A DNA stretch of 64,000 nucleotides from Octopus vulgaris (GCA_951406725.2 OX597824.1:63612001-63676000), one strand, 5' to 3'. Counted from the first letter of the stretch, positions 11,612-26,447 are shown. The notes: generated by a model from the letters alone, not told the origin. Numbers and translations are program-made.

Positions 11612-11663
11612 ATCAGCTATGTGTTGTATAGTTGTCATGACAACTATACAGCACATAGCTGAT
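11612..11663. repeat. 52-bp near-perfect loopless palindrome
   Basis: atcagctatgtgttgtatagttgtca|tgacaactatacagcacatagctgat (one mismatch). Confidence 0.9.
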
Positions 11664-11841
11664 ATGTATACAAGCTTCGACGGAGTAACGGTCATATATA
11701 CAACTTGAACAGACACACATATCACACATATACGTTCACATGTACATACACAGACACGTCTACATACTTACATACCTAAATACTCACATAGATACATGCA
11801 CACATACATACATATGTCTGTGTATATATATGTGTATATAC

Positions 11842-11901
<60 letters not shown>

Positions 11902-11940
11902 GTATATATATATCTCATGAACTAACTGTTACTTTCTCAC

Positions 11941-12147
11941 ATGCAGCACGGAATTTTGTCAGTGAACAGGTCGTGGTCTCAAAGCAACGAAAATATATTG
12001 ACAAATTAAATTGAAATGTTGAAGTGAATCTAACGGGGTTTTTTTTCTGTTTTTCAAATGGCTTATATACACATTCCACATTGCAATTGTTTTTGTTTCC
12101 GCACACGATCTCAGATCAGGTCTCTTGCTATGCAAGTACATCTCCAT
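11941..12147 (+). mobile_element. Family H1 copy (variant HHR at 11955-12005)
   Basis: tttgtca-GTGAACA-g-gtcgt...gcaac-GAAA-atatat-tgacaaa; rest matches 8741-8938. Confidence 0.85.
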
Positions 12148-12160
12148 CTCCATAATTTAT

Positions 12161-12280
<120 letters not shown>

Positions 12281-13587
12281 TTACGTTCTGAATATATGTC
12301 TCCTTAAGTTCTGAGACAACTGTATTCGATTAATTTTATTTATTTTCTGAAGAAATTTGAACTAATTCTTGATGGTAATTATCTCGAGATCAGCAATAAT
12401 TGAGTAGGGTTATGCTCAAAGGCATTCCAGCTAATTGCATTCCGTTTTAGATAACATTGCACCCTTTACCTAAGATGACTAGAGTTGACGTAAAAGAGAC
12501 TTGAATACAATTTATAGCCGATAAAGCGACCACAATAATACCGAGTGTACAATCCTATTATCAATTACATTGCAGCCATGTGTATACTGTTCTTTTTTTC
12601 TATGTGCAGCTACGTTAGGGTCACATCAGATATATCACTTCTTAAAAACAGCATGAAAGGCTTTGACAGATATATAAAGTATTATTTATTGCGGATCAAG
12701 TGTTCACGTGCTGATCCGTCATTCCACAACTTTACTACTGAGATCGGTTACACTAATTAGATATTTGTACTAATTGGTTAAACTAGTCAGATATCTTGCT
12801 CCAAATTATGTAATTTTTGTCGGAACCCTTTAGAAATTAGGATAATCATTCGCAATTCTGAAAAATGTTGATTTAATTAATCCTGCCAGAGATATGAGGT
12901 GAAGTACAAACAAAACAAATTGCAAAGTGGTATAACGGTGACGTGGCATGTAGTAGATTTCAGTGCACTACACAAACTCTGACGAATAGTACCTTATTTA
13001 TTTGGCTATAGGTAATATATATATTTGGCTAGAGGGACTATAATTATTATAGCGACACCTATCATGAAATAAAAACCTGGGTATAGTTTTTAAACATTGT
13101 TGTTTATGTGTGCGTATTTATTATTGGTTATATAATCTATTTCAAGTTCTGATGTATTCTCTATATTAAAATTGTTTCAATTTTGCTAGTATCACTAGTT
13201 TGATTTTTTTATTCATGAATATGAGATTTTATGCTCAAAATAATAATGTAAATAGAATAAATGTTTGCTTTTCTTTAAAAATGAGTTACATTGGTACCCT
13301 CACATTTCCAGTAAAAGTGTGTGAAACAGAGAGAAACAGAAAGACAGAGACAGAGAGACAGAGAGTGAGAGAGAGAAAAAGAGAGAGAATGAGAGAAGGG
13401 AAATAGCACAGAGAGAAAACGTCTGTGCTAATATCTACTTAATATATTTGAATCACATAGAATTTTCCAATTGATAAGGTTGCGTTTCTATTGGATTCAC
13501 ATGATTGCACAAAATGTACAAATGATAAAAAAAAATAACAATTCCGAAACGAAATTAAAGAAGGCAATTTACAAATATCGTCAGCAG

Positions 13588-13636
<49 letters not shown>

Positions 13637-14327
13637 GTGTGCGTGCGCTTGTGTATGTATATATATATATATACATACACAAACGCACGCACACATATAT
13701 ATACACACAGATAATCATACATATATATGCGTGTGTGTGTATAATAAGTCTGTGTCAGAGAGAAAACGTGTGCAGTAGGATATTAACGGTTTAACAGTAA
13801 TATAAATGGATCAATAGGTCCGTGTAAGTAGCTGTTTAAGTGTAATGATCAGTAAACAAAGAGATGAGTTTTAATTTAGAACGTTTGGCGAAAGGTTGAG
13901 TCATGTCTGCAACATCTGTTTCTGTTAGGTTTCTTTTGATTGGTCCGAGCCACTATGTAGTCAATGCGTAGATGAGTGATCTTTTCCCCAATTTAACATA
14001 GTGGATTTGCATAATTCGCTGCTCGAATCTGTGCGGAACTGAAATTTTGTGTGCTTTTATATACTTATTTACCACACCGAACATTATATATATATTTCAA
14101 TCCGTTTGTTTCTTGTTCTTCGTATAATCGATGTGATACGTACCAGTAGCAAACCTATAGCGAAACAGTATATTTCAATATAGCCTTTGATAGCATGCGC
14201 AATGATACACACAAACACGAAGTTATTTACACACACATACACACTTACACACACAGATGTGTGTACGTATATATATATATATATATACATACACACACAT
14301 ATAAACACACGCACACACATACACATG

Positions 14328-14370
<43 letters not shown>

Positions 14371-15351
14371 ACATACATGCACGCACCCCTCACACAAGTA
14401 TGATAAATACTCTTTTTTTAAGTTAATGCATAAACTACGTTATTTCCACATCGTAATTTTAATATAACGATGTGTGTGTGTTTGTGTGTGCGTGTGTGTG
14501 CATGTACGCGGGCGTGAGAGAGAGGGAGACAAAGAAAGAAAAGAGGAAAGAAAGAAAGAAAAAATATAGAAGGAAAGAAAGAAAGAACGAAAGAAAGAAC
14601 GAAAGAAAGAAAGAGAGAAGGGCAGTGGGAGGGAAGGTTAAACGTATAATGCGTTTCTGTTTTTTGATAGCCTTGTGTATATGTTCCAGGTGTTCTGAAT
14701 TCTACTTTCCACCATTTTCTGTGGCCATTCGCGTTCAAACGAATACAAAAGCCACGACTTGAGAGTCAACATACACTCACACTCAAAGACACCCACACGC
14801 ACATACACATATACACATACACATACATGTATGTATTTACACATAAATGCATGTGCATACTGAAACATTCATTATACAGTTATACACGTGTGTGTGGGTG
14901 TTCGTGTGTCTGTGCGTACGTGTGTGTGTACATGGTATAAAGCACGTATTTTTTCATGCAGAACTCCCATCATATCCCAAATGTAGTCGAGAGCGTCTGG
15001 TAGAGGACAGAACGTGTAAAGTACCAACTGTTACTGCAAACATTATTTGGAGACACAACGAAGTAAAGTATTGTCCAACCACATCCACACGTGTTTAAGT
15101 CGGTGTCATGGAAGGGATTTTTTTCCGTGTACCAAATCTACTTATAAAGCATTGGTCGCCCCGGAGCTATGGTAGATGAAATTTGGTCAATGTGCTGCGC
15201 AGTGAGACTATACCCTCAACACAACGTGGTTCAAAGGGAACTCCTTAACTACACTGCCATATCTGTGCCTATTACACATAGACAGATAGACAGACAGACA
15301 GACAGGCAGGCAGACAGACAGACAGACAGGCAGACAGACAGACAGACCGAC

Positions 15352-15452
<101 letters not shown>

Positions 15453-15589
15453 TGATGGCTGCACATAATGACTGCTCAAGCCAAAACCAGTGACTGAAAA
15501 AATATACTATGCACCATGTACACAAACACACAGACACACATATAGACATGTATTTGTGCATAATATTTGCATAAGTAGGGTTTCAATTG

Positions 15590-15907
15590 AATAAATCGAT
15601 TCCAGATCTTAACTTGGTAAGATTGGTACTTATTTTATCATCCGTCTCTTTACGTGGACTAAACACATCAACTTCTGTTGCCAGGCGATGAAGTGGACAC
15701 ACACAGACACAAAGACGCACTCACATAAATATATACATCTATATATACGACGGGCGTCTTTCAGTTTCCGTCGACCAAGTCCCCTCACAAGGCTTTGGTC
15801 AGCACGAGGCCATTGCAGAAGACACCCAAGTTGTCACACAATGGGACTGAAGCCGGAATTATGTGGTTGGGAAGCAAACTTGTTACAACACTACCACGAC
15901 TGCGTCT
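15590..15907 (-). mobile_element. SINE family A, diverged
   Basis: cgacgggcgtctttcagtttccgtcgacc...atgtggttgggaagcaa matches the reverse complement of family A; further fragments at ~8240-8360, 15110-15260, 17490-17700. Confidence 0.75.
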
Positions 15908-16004
<97 letters not shown>

Positions 16005-16014
16005 TAGAATAAAG

Positions 16015-16060
<46 letters not shown>

Positions 16061-16662
16061 TGTGTGTTTGTGCGTATGTGGTCACCTACTATGAAAATAA
16101 TGCACTCTTAGGTCACAACATAACCCTTATTTTAATTTGACCCGTTCCTTTTTAAATATTCCTCTAAGCGTGACCAGAGTGGCTAACTGCTTTTGAGCAA
16201 GACAATATAGAGCAATGTTAAGATTTCTTGCCTAGATTGACAGATGTGTAACCGTGAATTCCTGACACCCCACCCACCCACTCACACATACATACAAGAG
16301 GCTGATTGTTGCATTAACCTGATTTTGCTTAATTATGTTCCTCTGCTGAAACGCAAATCTGTAATGTGAATAAGTTGATGAATAATGTTCTGAAGAAGTT
16401 ACGTTTCCTATCCCGTCGCTTTTGTTTCAATTCCACTACACGCCTCACATTGGGTAAGCCTAAATTGTTTGAATATCCGTCGTATATATATTAAGAAAGA
16501 GAGAGAGAGTCAGAGACAGACAGACAATCAGATTGACTGACAGAAGGGCAGAGACCTATATATATATATATATATATATATCGTATTATACGGACATTCC
16601 CCGCTTCTGAAAGCAAAATAAGTTTGTTTACATGTTCTTACATATATGAATTTAAATAGTTT

Positions 16663-16775
<113 letters not shown>

Positions 16776-17395
16776 CTGTGTGTGTATGGGTGTGAGAGCG
16801 TGTGTGTGTGTGCGCGCGCGTTAGTGTGTTCGTGTGTGTGTCTGTTTTTGCCGAAGCATGTCGACTAGACATATAACATATTCAGAAGTGACACCTTAAA
16901 TTCGGAACTGTCCATTCCCAAACAAATTCCTTTCAGGAATTCATTTTACGATCAGTTACATAGGCTAATTTCTCACTCCTTCCTCTGTATATATACATAT
17001 AGTAGATCGACGACTCACGCAAACAATGACGGCGCTATTGTTCACTAGTGAAGAAAATATTTCAAGTTGTTAATGGATTTCTTCTTCGTTTTATTATTTT
17101 GGCAGCATTGCTTTTTTTTTTGCTTTTTTGTTCCATTTGACTTATTTCTTCATATTCTGTCAAGTTTGAGATATTTTTTATTTTGCAGTCATCTGCATCT
17201 AACTACTATCAGCTGAACATAGGTATTAATAGTCGGCAAAAATACGGGAATACGTTTGGGTATACAGAATATATTTAGAATTGCTAAGGTTTTGGGGGCA
17301 ATATTTCTAACCCTTTTCCAAAAGTTATTTTGGCCTTCTGCCGATAAAATGATACAAAGTAAACACACTTTCCTCTGGAAATTACGTATGTACCA

Positions 17396-17440
<45 letters not shown>

Positions 17441-17693
17441 CGCACACATACACGCATGCGCGCACACACACACACACATATACATATGTACTTTATCATT
17501 TACTTGTTTCAGTCATTGGACAGCGGCCATGCTGGAGCACCACTTTGAAGAATTTTAGTCGAAGGAATCAACCCTAGTATTAATATATTTTTTTCAAGCC
17601 TGGTAATTATTATATTGGTGTCTTTTGCCGAAACGCTGGTTTACGGGATCGTAAATACATCGTCATCGGTTGTTAAGTGATAGTGGAGGACAT

Positions 17694-17732
<39 letters not shown>

Positions 17733-17776
17733 CATAAGCATTTACATACACACACAGGTATAAATATATATACACG

Positions 17777-17907
17777 TGCGTATAAGAAGGGATGACCACT
17801 AAGTGAACATCCAATATGCTTGAAATAGATCACCTACGATCTAATCGCAGGTGGTCTATTTCTAGCATATTGGATATCCACTTAGTGGTTATCCCTTCTT
17901 CTACGCA
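17777..17907. repeat. 131-bp fold-back palindrome (3-nt loop)
   Basis: tgcgtataagaagggatgaccactaagtg...cacctacgat-cta-atcgcaggtg...cacttagtggttatcccttcttctacgca. Confidence 0.9.
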
Positions 17908-18018
17908 TGTAATACAATTTTTCTGAAGTTTTATATTTTTCTATATGCTAGGCCACTGCTTTTAAATTTATGTTAATTAAATTAATATTCAATTTATCAC
18001 CCTCATTTTTAAAATTAA

Positions 18019-18054
<36 letters not shown>

Positions 18055-18690
18055 GTATATATATATACATACATACATTCATAATATATATTTAATACGT
18101 ATTTCTAACATACATGCATATCAATAGGATTTGCGTACACAGGAAAAATTTATTTAACATCCACTGCTATTTGCCTTGCTCAGATTTTGTCGATCACGGA
18201 AAGCTGAAATGCATAGTTTAGCTCCTCAGGCCGATATGAATCCAGACTATAGAATGAAGGACCTAAACAGCAAGTTTTCTATTCAGTAACGTATTTTAAC
18301 TTTCCATGTTCATTTTAATGGCTGGAACTTGCAAATATCTTGGCTCTTTGTCTCTCTCTCTACGCTTCTAGACAGTGACTTTTAGCAATAGAAAATTTGT
18401 GGTGGTGGGGATAGAAAAAATTATGTCAATTCCTCCACCATGGGAGCTTTGTTTTTCTTTCTCGTTTAACCGGATATCGAAAGATCCAGGGGGTAAAATC
18501 AACTGAGATCGGATTGAAGTGCATAACAGACCCAGATGTAACCAAATCCCGTAACTGCCGTGCGCGTGTCTATGTGTGTATAGTTGTATATGCATGATAT
18601 GTATTTACGCGTGTGTGTGTGTGTGTTTGTGTGTGTATGTGTTTGTGTGTGTGTATGCGTGTGTGTGAGAGTTTAAAGAGAAATTAACAT

Positions 18691-18853
18691 AGGCGCAGGA
18701 ATGGTTGTGTGGTAAGTAGCTTGCTTCCCAACCACATGGTTCCGGGTTCAGTCCACTGCGTGACACCTTGGGCAATTGACTTCTACTATAGCCTCGGGCC
18801 GACCAAACTCTTGTGAGTGGATTTGGTTGACGGAAACTGAAAGAAGTCCGTCG

Positions 18854-18922
<69 letters not shown>

Positions 18923-19160
18923 ATGTGTGTGTGTGTGTGTGTATGTACTTGTTCGTGTCTGTGTTTGTCTCCCCACCATCGCTTCACAACTGATGCTAGT
19001 GTGTTTACGTGCCCGTGACTTAGCGATTCGGCCTAAGTGACCGATAGAATAAGTACTAGACTTACAAAGAATAGGTCCTGGGGTCGATTTGCTCGACTAA
19101 AGACGGTGCTCCAGCATGGTCGCAGTCAAATGACTGAGACAAGTAAAAGAATAAAAAGAA
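18691..19160 (+). mobile_element. SINE family A, full length
   Basis: Head aggcgcaggaatggttgtgtggtaagtagc..., internal (TA)n(TG)n, tail ending gtaaaagaataaaaagaa. Confidence 0.9.
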
Positions 19161-19340
19161 TTTTTAAATATTCAAAATTTTAGTACGTAGGCTCTTCATG
19201 GAAGGGAATGAAGGATAGACACAGTGAGAGAAGGGAAAAAAAAGAAAATATAAACTGATTTGAAAATGACGTATAAAATCCCTTAAATTGCATTTTGAAA
19301 TGCATAAACATACCTCCCTATGTGTGTATGTATGTATGTA

Positions 19341-19715
19341 TTCTCATGCATATAGTTGCATATCTAGACATCCGCATGTATATTTAAATGGTAAATATCT
19401 GGAAGGTTCTACAGATTTTTACAGTTTCACTGATGGATTCGAGCTGTAGACTTCGAATTAGCTTTCTCTTTCCTGGTTTTGAGAAGCCTAATTTCTGAAG
19501 ATTGGTATTTAGACAGTGTGTTACATATCCCAGGTTCTCCATAATTACAGGTATAAACTTAGACTTGTAATCTGGATAGAGTAACTGCAGGAATCTCAAT
19601 CGTTCAGACAGATGTTCTCTTATTCATTGATTTTCAGCTTTATGCTAACATCCGCTGGGCATCTAATTTCCACAACTGTGCACAATTACTCTTCTCTATC
19701 CCAATACATCATGTC
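19341..19715 (-). mobile_element. 5'-truncated RLE-type non-LTR retrotransposon (second lineage), flanked by (TATG)n
   Basis: Minus frames give D..WDREE.LCTVVEI.CPAD and LQLLYPDYK..FIPVI...GYV (restriction-like endonuclease C-terminus); tatgtatg on both sides. Confidence 0.7.
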
Positions 19716-21840
19716 TGTATGTATGTTTCCACGTGAGTATATATTAAAACTTTCCTTTGGTTGTCTTTGTGTACACATACCAAACAGAATATTAACGATT
19801 ACTGTAAAAGAAAACGTACGCCAAATCAATAAATGATATATGGCTGCGGATTCTAGATTCTACTTTATATTTTTTGGTATGCCTGAAGATGCAGCCATTT
19901 CACTTCCAGCATTAAGAAGCTGGGCTCTAGAAAACAAGAAACATGCGCGAAAGTGTAACGAGGAAGACACCTGGTTTAGTTTTGCAAAAAGCTAGCTCCA
20001 AACTTAATTCGTAATCGACAGATTTTTTTTACCAAACTAGCCTCTTTGTAAAACAAGCCTGTTGATTGCGGAATATGATGGTAAATATTTTATCTAGGTT
20101 GGGCCTGTTATCTTCCTCTCAGTACGAGAAGCAGTTTGTTGGAAAGATGATACTTTTATCATTAATACACTTATACATGATAAAATCAATGAATTCTTCA
20201 ACAAAACAGGAACACATTTATACACTTATAATGTAAATCTTTAAAAGGTGAATTTAAACCGCAACCTTGTTTCTTAACATTGCAATTAGAAGAGTTATTC
20301 CTCCCATTTCCTGAGCTCCAGGTAATGAATGAAATACATTTCTTTATGTGAAAGAAAATAAGTCTAGTTTTGCTATTATTTGAATTAGTAACTGAGCGTA
20401 TGCAAGTATCATTTAGTGTATGTCAAATTACATCTACATATATTTTATAATACGCAAATATAGCTGACTATTTGTCTGAACTTTCGCGTTTTCATTTGCC
20501 TTGCAATATATGTATACATATATGGCTTGTCTTCGCATATTATTGATTTAAATAGTTGAAGTCACCTGTTTTATCTTATTTACACATTCAAGTTTATCTC
20601 GATGACGTACATTCCATTGGTAAATGTTTGGAAACGAAAGGAAGTCGCTCTCGCATCATTATCTCCCATGGTACATTAATGTTTCGTTATCTAGATATAT
20701 AAGCAACCAATCGAAACGTTTACTATTTCTATGTATGATCGTATTCAAATTATTTTTGAATTATTCGAATTATTTTTTGTACGTTGAACTACATACTTAG
20801 ACATTTTTTCTGTGTGCTATTATTCTTTTATGTGTGTTAAAGTTATGAAGCATTATTAGCTGAAACTGGAAAAATCAAATCAAAATCAAATCATAATTAA
20901 AAGACGGCCCACTCATATTCTATTACACTTTAACATTGTACCCCCAAAATATGCTCTTGTACTAACCGAACTCTGTACTCTTTCTTTTCTGTCTCATATA
21001 TTCTCACCTTTTCTTTGTCTGTCTCTGATCTGCAGTCGCTGTTGACGCAACAGAGAGTGACGCCTCTCGTGTTTGTTTGTTTTTTTTGTATTATTTCTGC
21101 TTTTCTTCAATGGTTAGAATTACGAACTTCAGTGATCGGTTCCATTCATCACGCCCCAAGGGCTTCCCATCGTAGGTATCTGGGGAGATGCTGGAGTTTT
21201 TCATATGTCTCTCCAGCACATCCATGTCACGACTCGTGTCACAACTTGTCCTCGTATCCTGACGCTGTTAAGCGTAAAAAGCTCCCTTTGGGAGCTTGCT
21301 TCCCTCCATCTGGCAAACATGTCCTGCCCTGCGCAGCAGTGTGAGATAATGAGGACTGTATATACACAGACAGGCGTTAATGAACGCATACCCTGTGTAT
21401 GTACATATAGTATTTTTTTTGTATTTGTTGTAACTGAAATTGAGAGTTTTTCTCGCAACGCGAATGTCGTGCCATTGCGATCTTCTTGCAGTGATGTGAA
21501 ACTCCAATCACGAGACAAACTCAGTAAAAGAAAAGAAAACATCCTCTACACATGGACTGAGTAGTTTCCCCTGTGTGTTTTATGTTGTATGTATGTATGC
21601 ATGTATTTATGTCATTGTTCAGTTTTATTTCAAGATTTCCTGCCAATAGAGAAAGAGTGGGTTTTTAACCTAGATCCAAGGCTCCTTCATTGGACTTTCA
21701 ACATCAACAACAGGGTATTTTTGTTTGTTTGTATGTATGTATGTATGTATGTATGTATGTATGCATGTATGTATATGTGCAGATTTATATATTTTGTTTT
21801 ATATGTATTGTCATGCATATGTTATGTACTTATCTATGTA

Positions 21841-23903
21841 CCCTGAAACGGGGTAAATTAGAAATTTTTAAACTTCTTATTACAATAATTTCATAACCTC
21901 TTTTTCAATGTTAACTCAATTTGACTATGTTAAAGGAACTAAACAGGTAAACGGGTATATGAAATAAAAATAAGTTGCACTCAATATTTGATTACTTATT
22001 TTATATAATTATCGCTGTTAAAATTAAACCCTGATTTGGAGTTACTTTGAACAGTAACGTTACTCTTATGCGGTACAACATTGAACAAAGATAAGAGATA
22101 TAATTTTTTTTTTACCAAATACAAAAGAAAAGTCAGTGTACAGCTTTAAGTGTTATAGCACTAAAGAAAATGTCACACAGTTATCAGTAAGTCATATTTA
22201 ATATTCCCCATTCTTGTTCAAGATCAGGATAAACCCCTGTTCTTCAGTAGAATCTCTTTTGTTTTCATTTCTATCACATCTTCCCAGATGTAGTCGAGTT
22301 TATCTGCCTTCTGTGGTCACCTCCACCCTATATTTTTACATTTTGTCAATGATAGCACAAGTGCTCCATCACTTCCGGTTGAGATCACTTGACCAGGAAA
22401 TGTTTTCCCTTCGTACCTCACAATGACAAAGTTTCCAACAAAACTACTTTGTATTTCTCTGTTTTTTGCTCTTGCCATATCTGAAGTACTGGAGTACCTG
22501 TCACATTCATTCATAGAAACATCACTATCCACAGGGTTTATCTCTTCATCATGCAAATCCTCTTGCTACTCTCTTTCTCCATGCTTCTCTATAACGTTGA
22601 TGAACTGGTAGCTCTCATTTCACTTCCAGAAGCACTGGTGTCCTCAGCACTTATACTTTTGCTAGGAGTATTACTCAACTTCTTTGGTCTGCTCTCATCC
22701 ACTCCTCTCATTGATTTTAGCAACATCCGAAACTCTTACATTGATGACTTCATCGTCTTCTTGGCACAGGTGTGATACTAATTGGAAATTTTTTCGCTTT
22801 TAAAATGAATTAGCCTATTTAGCTGAAGGAAAAATTTTTTTAATTTGCCTTATTGTGCGACATAGAGCTGTGACATAATTATGAGCAGGCACTCTCAAAT
22901 CCATAACATCCCCATTCTGCAACAGCTGTAATGTGAGTAACAAACGCTGCTTCTTCTTTTTCGCTGAACACTGAAGGGTGACCAGGTTGCCTGCTATGCT
23001 TATTGTTCAGTCTACGACTCAGAGTTCCGACTGCAATTTTATAAACAACACTGACTTTTCGAAGGGTAATTCTCTTTGCTTTAATATCTGTCACTGCTTT
23101 ATCCAGACTCTTTTGGCTATAGGATTTATAGCTTCGAGAGCCAGGTTTTCTATTATAAATTCTTGTCATAACTATTTGGTTAATGCTAATCTCGATCAAA
23201 ACTACAAGTTGATCATAAAAAGAATTAAACTTTGGTTTAAAGAATTAGACTTTGCAACAGAAAGAAAAACTGATTCTGGTTATCAAGCTATAATTATAAA
23301 AATGATGGATTTGGGGTTACACCTCATTAATTCTAAGGGTGCGATATTGTCCATAAATAGGAAAAACATTTAAAAATCTTAAATACCTAACTTATACTGG
23401 GTACTATCAGTTTGAACAGGAGTAGCAGCTTGCTTACTGCCGGAAACAGTGATCGGGGGTACTTTGAACGCCGTTCAAAGTAACCCCACTGGATAATCAA
23501 AGGGAGCCGGACATGTCATGTTATACATATTTTTACAAAGATACCAAAGTTATAAAAGACTTCAATAGAAAATTATTAACTAGTTACATTAACATCATAT
23601 CTTAACAAAAGCATATAGCTTTTATGCAAGAAGTACTTTAGGTACTAACAAAAGTATTCATATCTTGCAAAAATGTTTGCTTTGCTGGAATTTGAAGAAG
23701 TAGACAAATTCTTTCTTTGAGTTGATAATCAAAGTTATATTTTACTTTAGTTATTGAAATTATACTATCATAGAAATATAATTATAAAGTTTAACAAAAC
23801 TTTTAAACAATACTGTAAGAAATTTTAGTAACAAGTAATAAGAGGAAACAACATTTATTTTGTTCAAAGTTATCTTGGTGTTCAAAGTAACCCCATTTCA
23901 CGG
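21841..23903 (-). mobile_element. pogo/Fot1-like Tc1-mariner DNA transposon, internally deleted
   Basis: TA-flanked TIRs ccctgaaacggggtaaattagaa / ttcaaagtaaccccatttcacgg; ORF 22879-23199 has a pipsqueak-type HTH (YSQKSLDKAV...ITLRKVSVVYKIAVGTLSRRL) and the start of a CENP-B HTH; acidic/C-terminal remnants at 22250-22780; no DDE domain seen. Confidence 0.85.
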
Positions 23904-23914
23904 TATGTATGTAT

Positions 23915-23990
<76 letters not shown>

Positions 23991-25133
23991 AGATATAGAT
24001 ATAAACACCTGTTTGAGTGTTTGTATATACAAATACATGTGTTGCAAGATGAAGCTGTTCGCCTACTTTTACAGCAGCGCTGGATTATATGCTGTCGAAA
24101 GTCACTATTGATAAGGATCCTCGACCGCAGCCTGGATTAACTCGAATAATATGAGAGAAATTCTGTGTATGTAGGCATATAAATTATAGGTAAGTGTATA
24201 AGCATACATATGTGTATGTATATATGTACGAATATTTGTTTCTATATAGCAGTATGTCTTTGTTATTTATAGAATCTTAATTAGTCCTAAGTGACTGCGT
24301 CCCTCAATGACAGCTACACCGCACAACTAATCTCATTCCATATATATCAAAAATAAGTAGGGAAAGATAATTATTTGAGATTACTCACACCCAATATGTT
24401 CATTGCTATTTCGTGTTCAATACATTTGTGCCATTGATGCAGGTAGAATATACAAGCGTTTGGAGTATTTCACGTCATCATAGTCAGTAGCCTCTTCTTT
24501 AAGAAGCTATTTCGTATCCAAATGTTATGAATGATATGAGTGCCCGCCAAAATAATTAGTTCGGTATGTTTGACTATTTCATCTCCCCAGATATTATGGC
24601 GTTTTCTCTAACTTAGTAAATAATAGGTTTTGATAATTACTGATAATTCATATCGTATCATGGATGTAGAAAACATTTTCCCAAGCATTACATGACTTCG
24701 TTGTGGATAAAATTATGTAAACTCATTCTTTGCATGCCATTAGTGTGTGTTTATTGACTAAGCAAGCGTTTTCTAATCAACTGTTTCACGGTAGAATCGA
24801 CTGTTTTCTAATCGACTGTTTCTTTGGAGCAGACATATCTGATTTTCTTCCTCAATAAGATAAATTGCTAAATAAAGAAGTCATAATTCAATTTAGCAAT
24901 ATACTAGAGAGCTTAATTGGCATATTTATAGATTTGGTTATTCGCCATTAATTAGTAAACATCTATTTTATGCACAACACAGCATCAATTAGAACTGTAA
25001 GAAATATAAATATCAGAAAGCCTGATTGTGGGTTAAATAAACCAGTAAAAACATTTGGTATTTTCCTACTGTGTTGCAGATATGCAATGTCAATAACATT
25101 TCACTACAGTTTGGAATAACTAAAGGTACATTA

Positions 25134-25359
25134 TACTCTCTTTACGCTCTTTTACACTTTTAACTTGTTTCAGTCATTTGACTGTGGCCATGCTGGAGCA
25201 CCGTCTTTCAGTCGAGCAAATCAACTCCAGGACTTAGTCGTTGTAAGCCTAGTACTTATTCTATCGGTCTCTTTCGCCGAACCGCTAAGTTACAGGGATG
25301 TAAACACACCAGCATCGGTTGTCAAGTGATGTTGGGAGGGGGACAAACACAGACACACA

Positions 25360-25450
<91 letters not shown>

Positions 25451-25623
25451 CACATGTACGACGGGCTTCTTTCAGTTTCCGTCTACCAAATCCACTCACA
25501 AGGCTTTGGTCGGCCCGAAGCTATAGTAGAAGACACTTGACCAATGTGCCACGCAGTGGGACTGAACTCGGAACAATGTGGTGAGCAAGCAAGCTATTTA
25601 CCACACAACCGCTCTTACGCCTA
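25134..25623 (-). mobile_element. SINE family A, full length
   Basis: Reverse complement of 18691-19160, internal (CA)n(TA)n. Confidence 0.9.
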
Positions 25624-26304
25624 GACAGTTTTAATAGTTTATGAAAAAATGCCTCAGTATACAATATCAAATTATGAAAAACAAAGATAGTCCAAAATAC
25701 TTGGCATTCTGCGATATATAGTTTGTGAGATGGAGTGGTAAAAAAAAAGCTGGTTAAATCAAGAGATTAAACTTGTCTTAAGATTTTGGCTATTGGACAG
25801 AAATCTTAAAAATACACTAAGTTTAGATTTTAGGACGAACACAAATCTCATAAAAACAATCATAGGAACAGACAACTTTTCAGCAAATGATACGTGGGAG
25901 AGGAAAAGGTAAATGCGTATATATATATACGCATATTTATATATGTATATATGTGTGTGTGTGCTTGCGTGTATGCATTTACATATATACATACATATAT
26001 ATATATATACATATACGAAAATGTCAAACGATGAAAATGAGCGCTCTACACCCATTCGTGGATATAATTTCTTTATTTCTGAATTGAGGCTTCTATCGGT
26101 TTTATGTTAAGAAATGTAGGAAAATATCCTAGTGGCTTGACAATTTTTCAAGATACCTTGAGAAATTAAGGCACTAGAATATTTTCCTACTTGAACATGA
26201 AACCAATGGTAGCTTGTATATGTATATGTATGAATATATATATGTATGTATATGCATAATATGTGTTAGATATAAATATATTGTTATTATTATTTTTTTA
26301 TTGA

Positions 26305-26447
26305 GATGGCGAGCTGGCACAATCGTTACCACGCCAATCGAAATGCTTACCGGTATTTCGTCTGTCTATACCTTCTGAGCTCAGATTCCGCCGAGGTGGA
26401 CGTTTCCTCTCATCCTATTGGAATCGACAAAATGAGTACCAGTCAAA
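26305..26447 (+). mobile_element. SINE family B, partial
   Basis: gatggcgagctggcacaatcgtt...ccgccgaggtggac...gacaaaatgagtaccag. Confidence 0.75.

Noticed and set aside
13930-14015. CCAAT box and octamer (atttgcat) cluster as a promoter
   Set aside because: Short motifs expected by chance; no linked transcript evidence.
17189-17222. Micro-exon between ttttgcag and gtatta
   Set aside because: Splice-like dinucleotides only; no recognisable peptide or partner exons.
19878-19960. CTGAAGA...GAAA HHR-like motif (also 3222-3272)
   Set aside because: No convincing stem I or stem III; could be chance.
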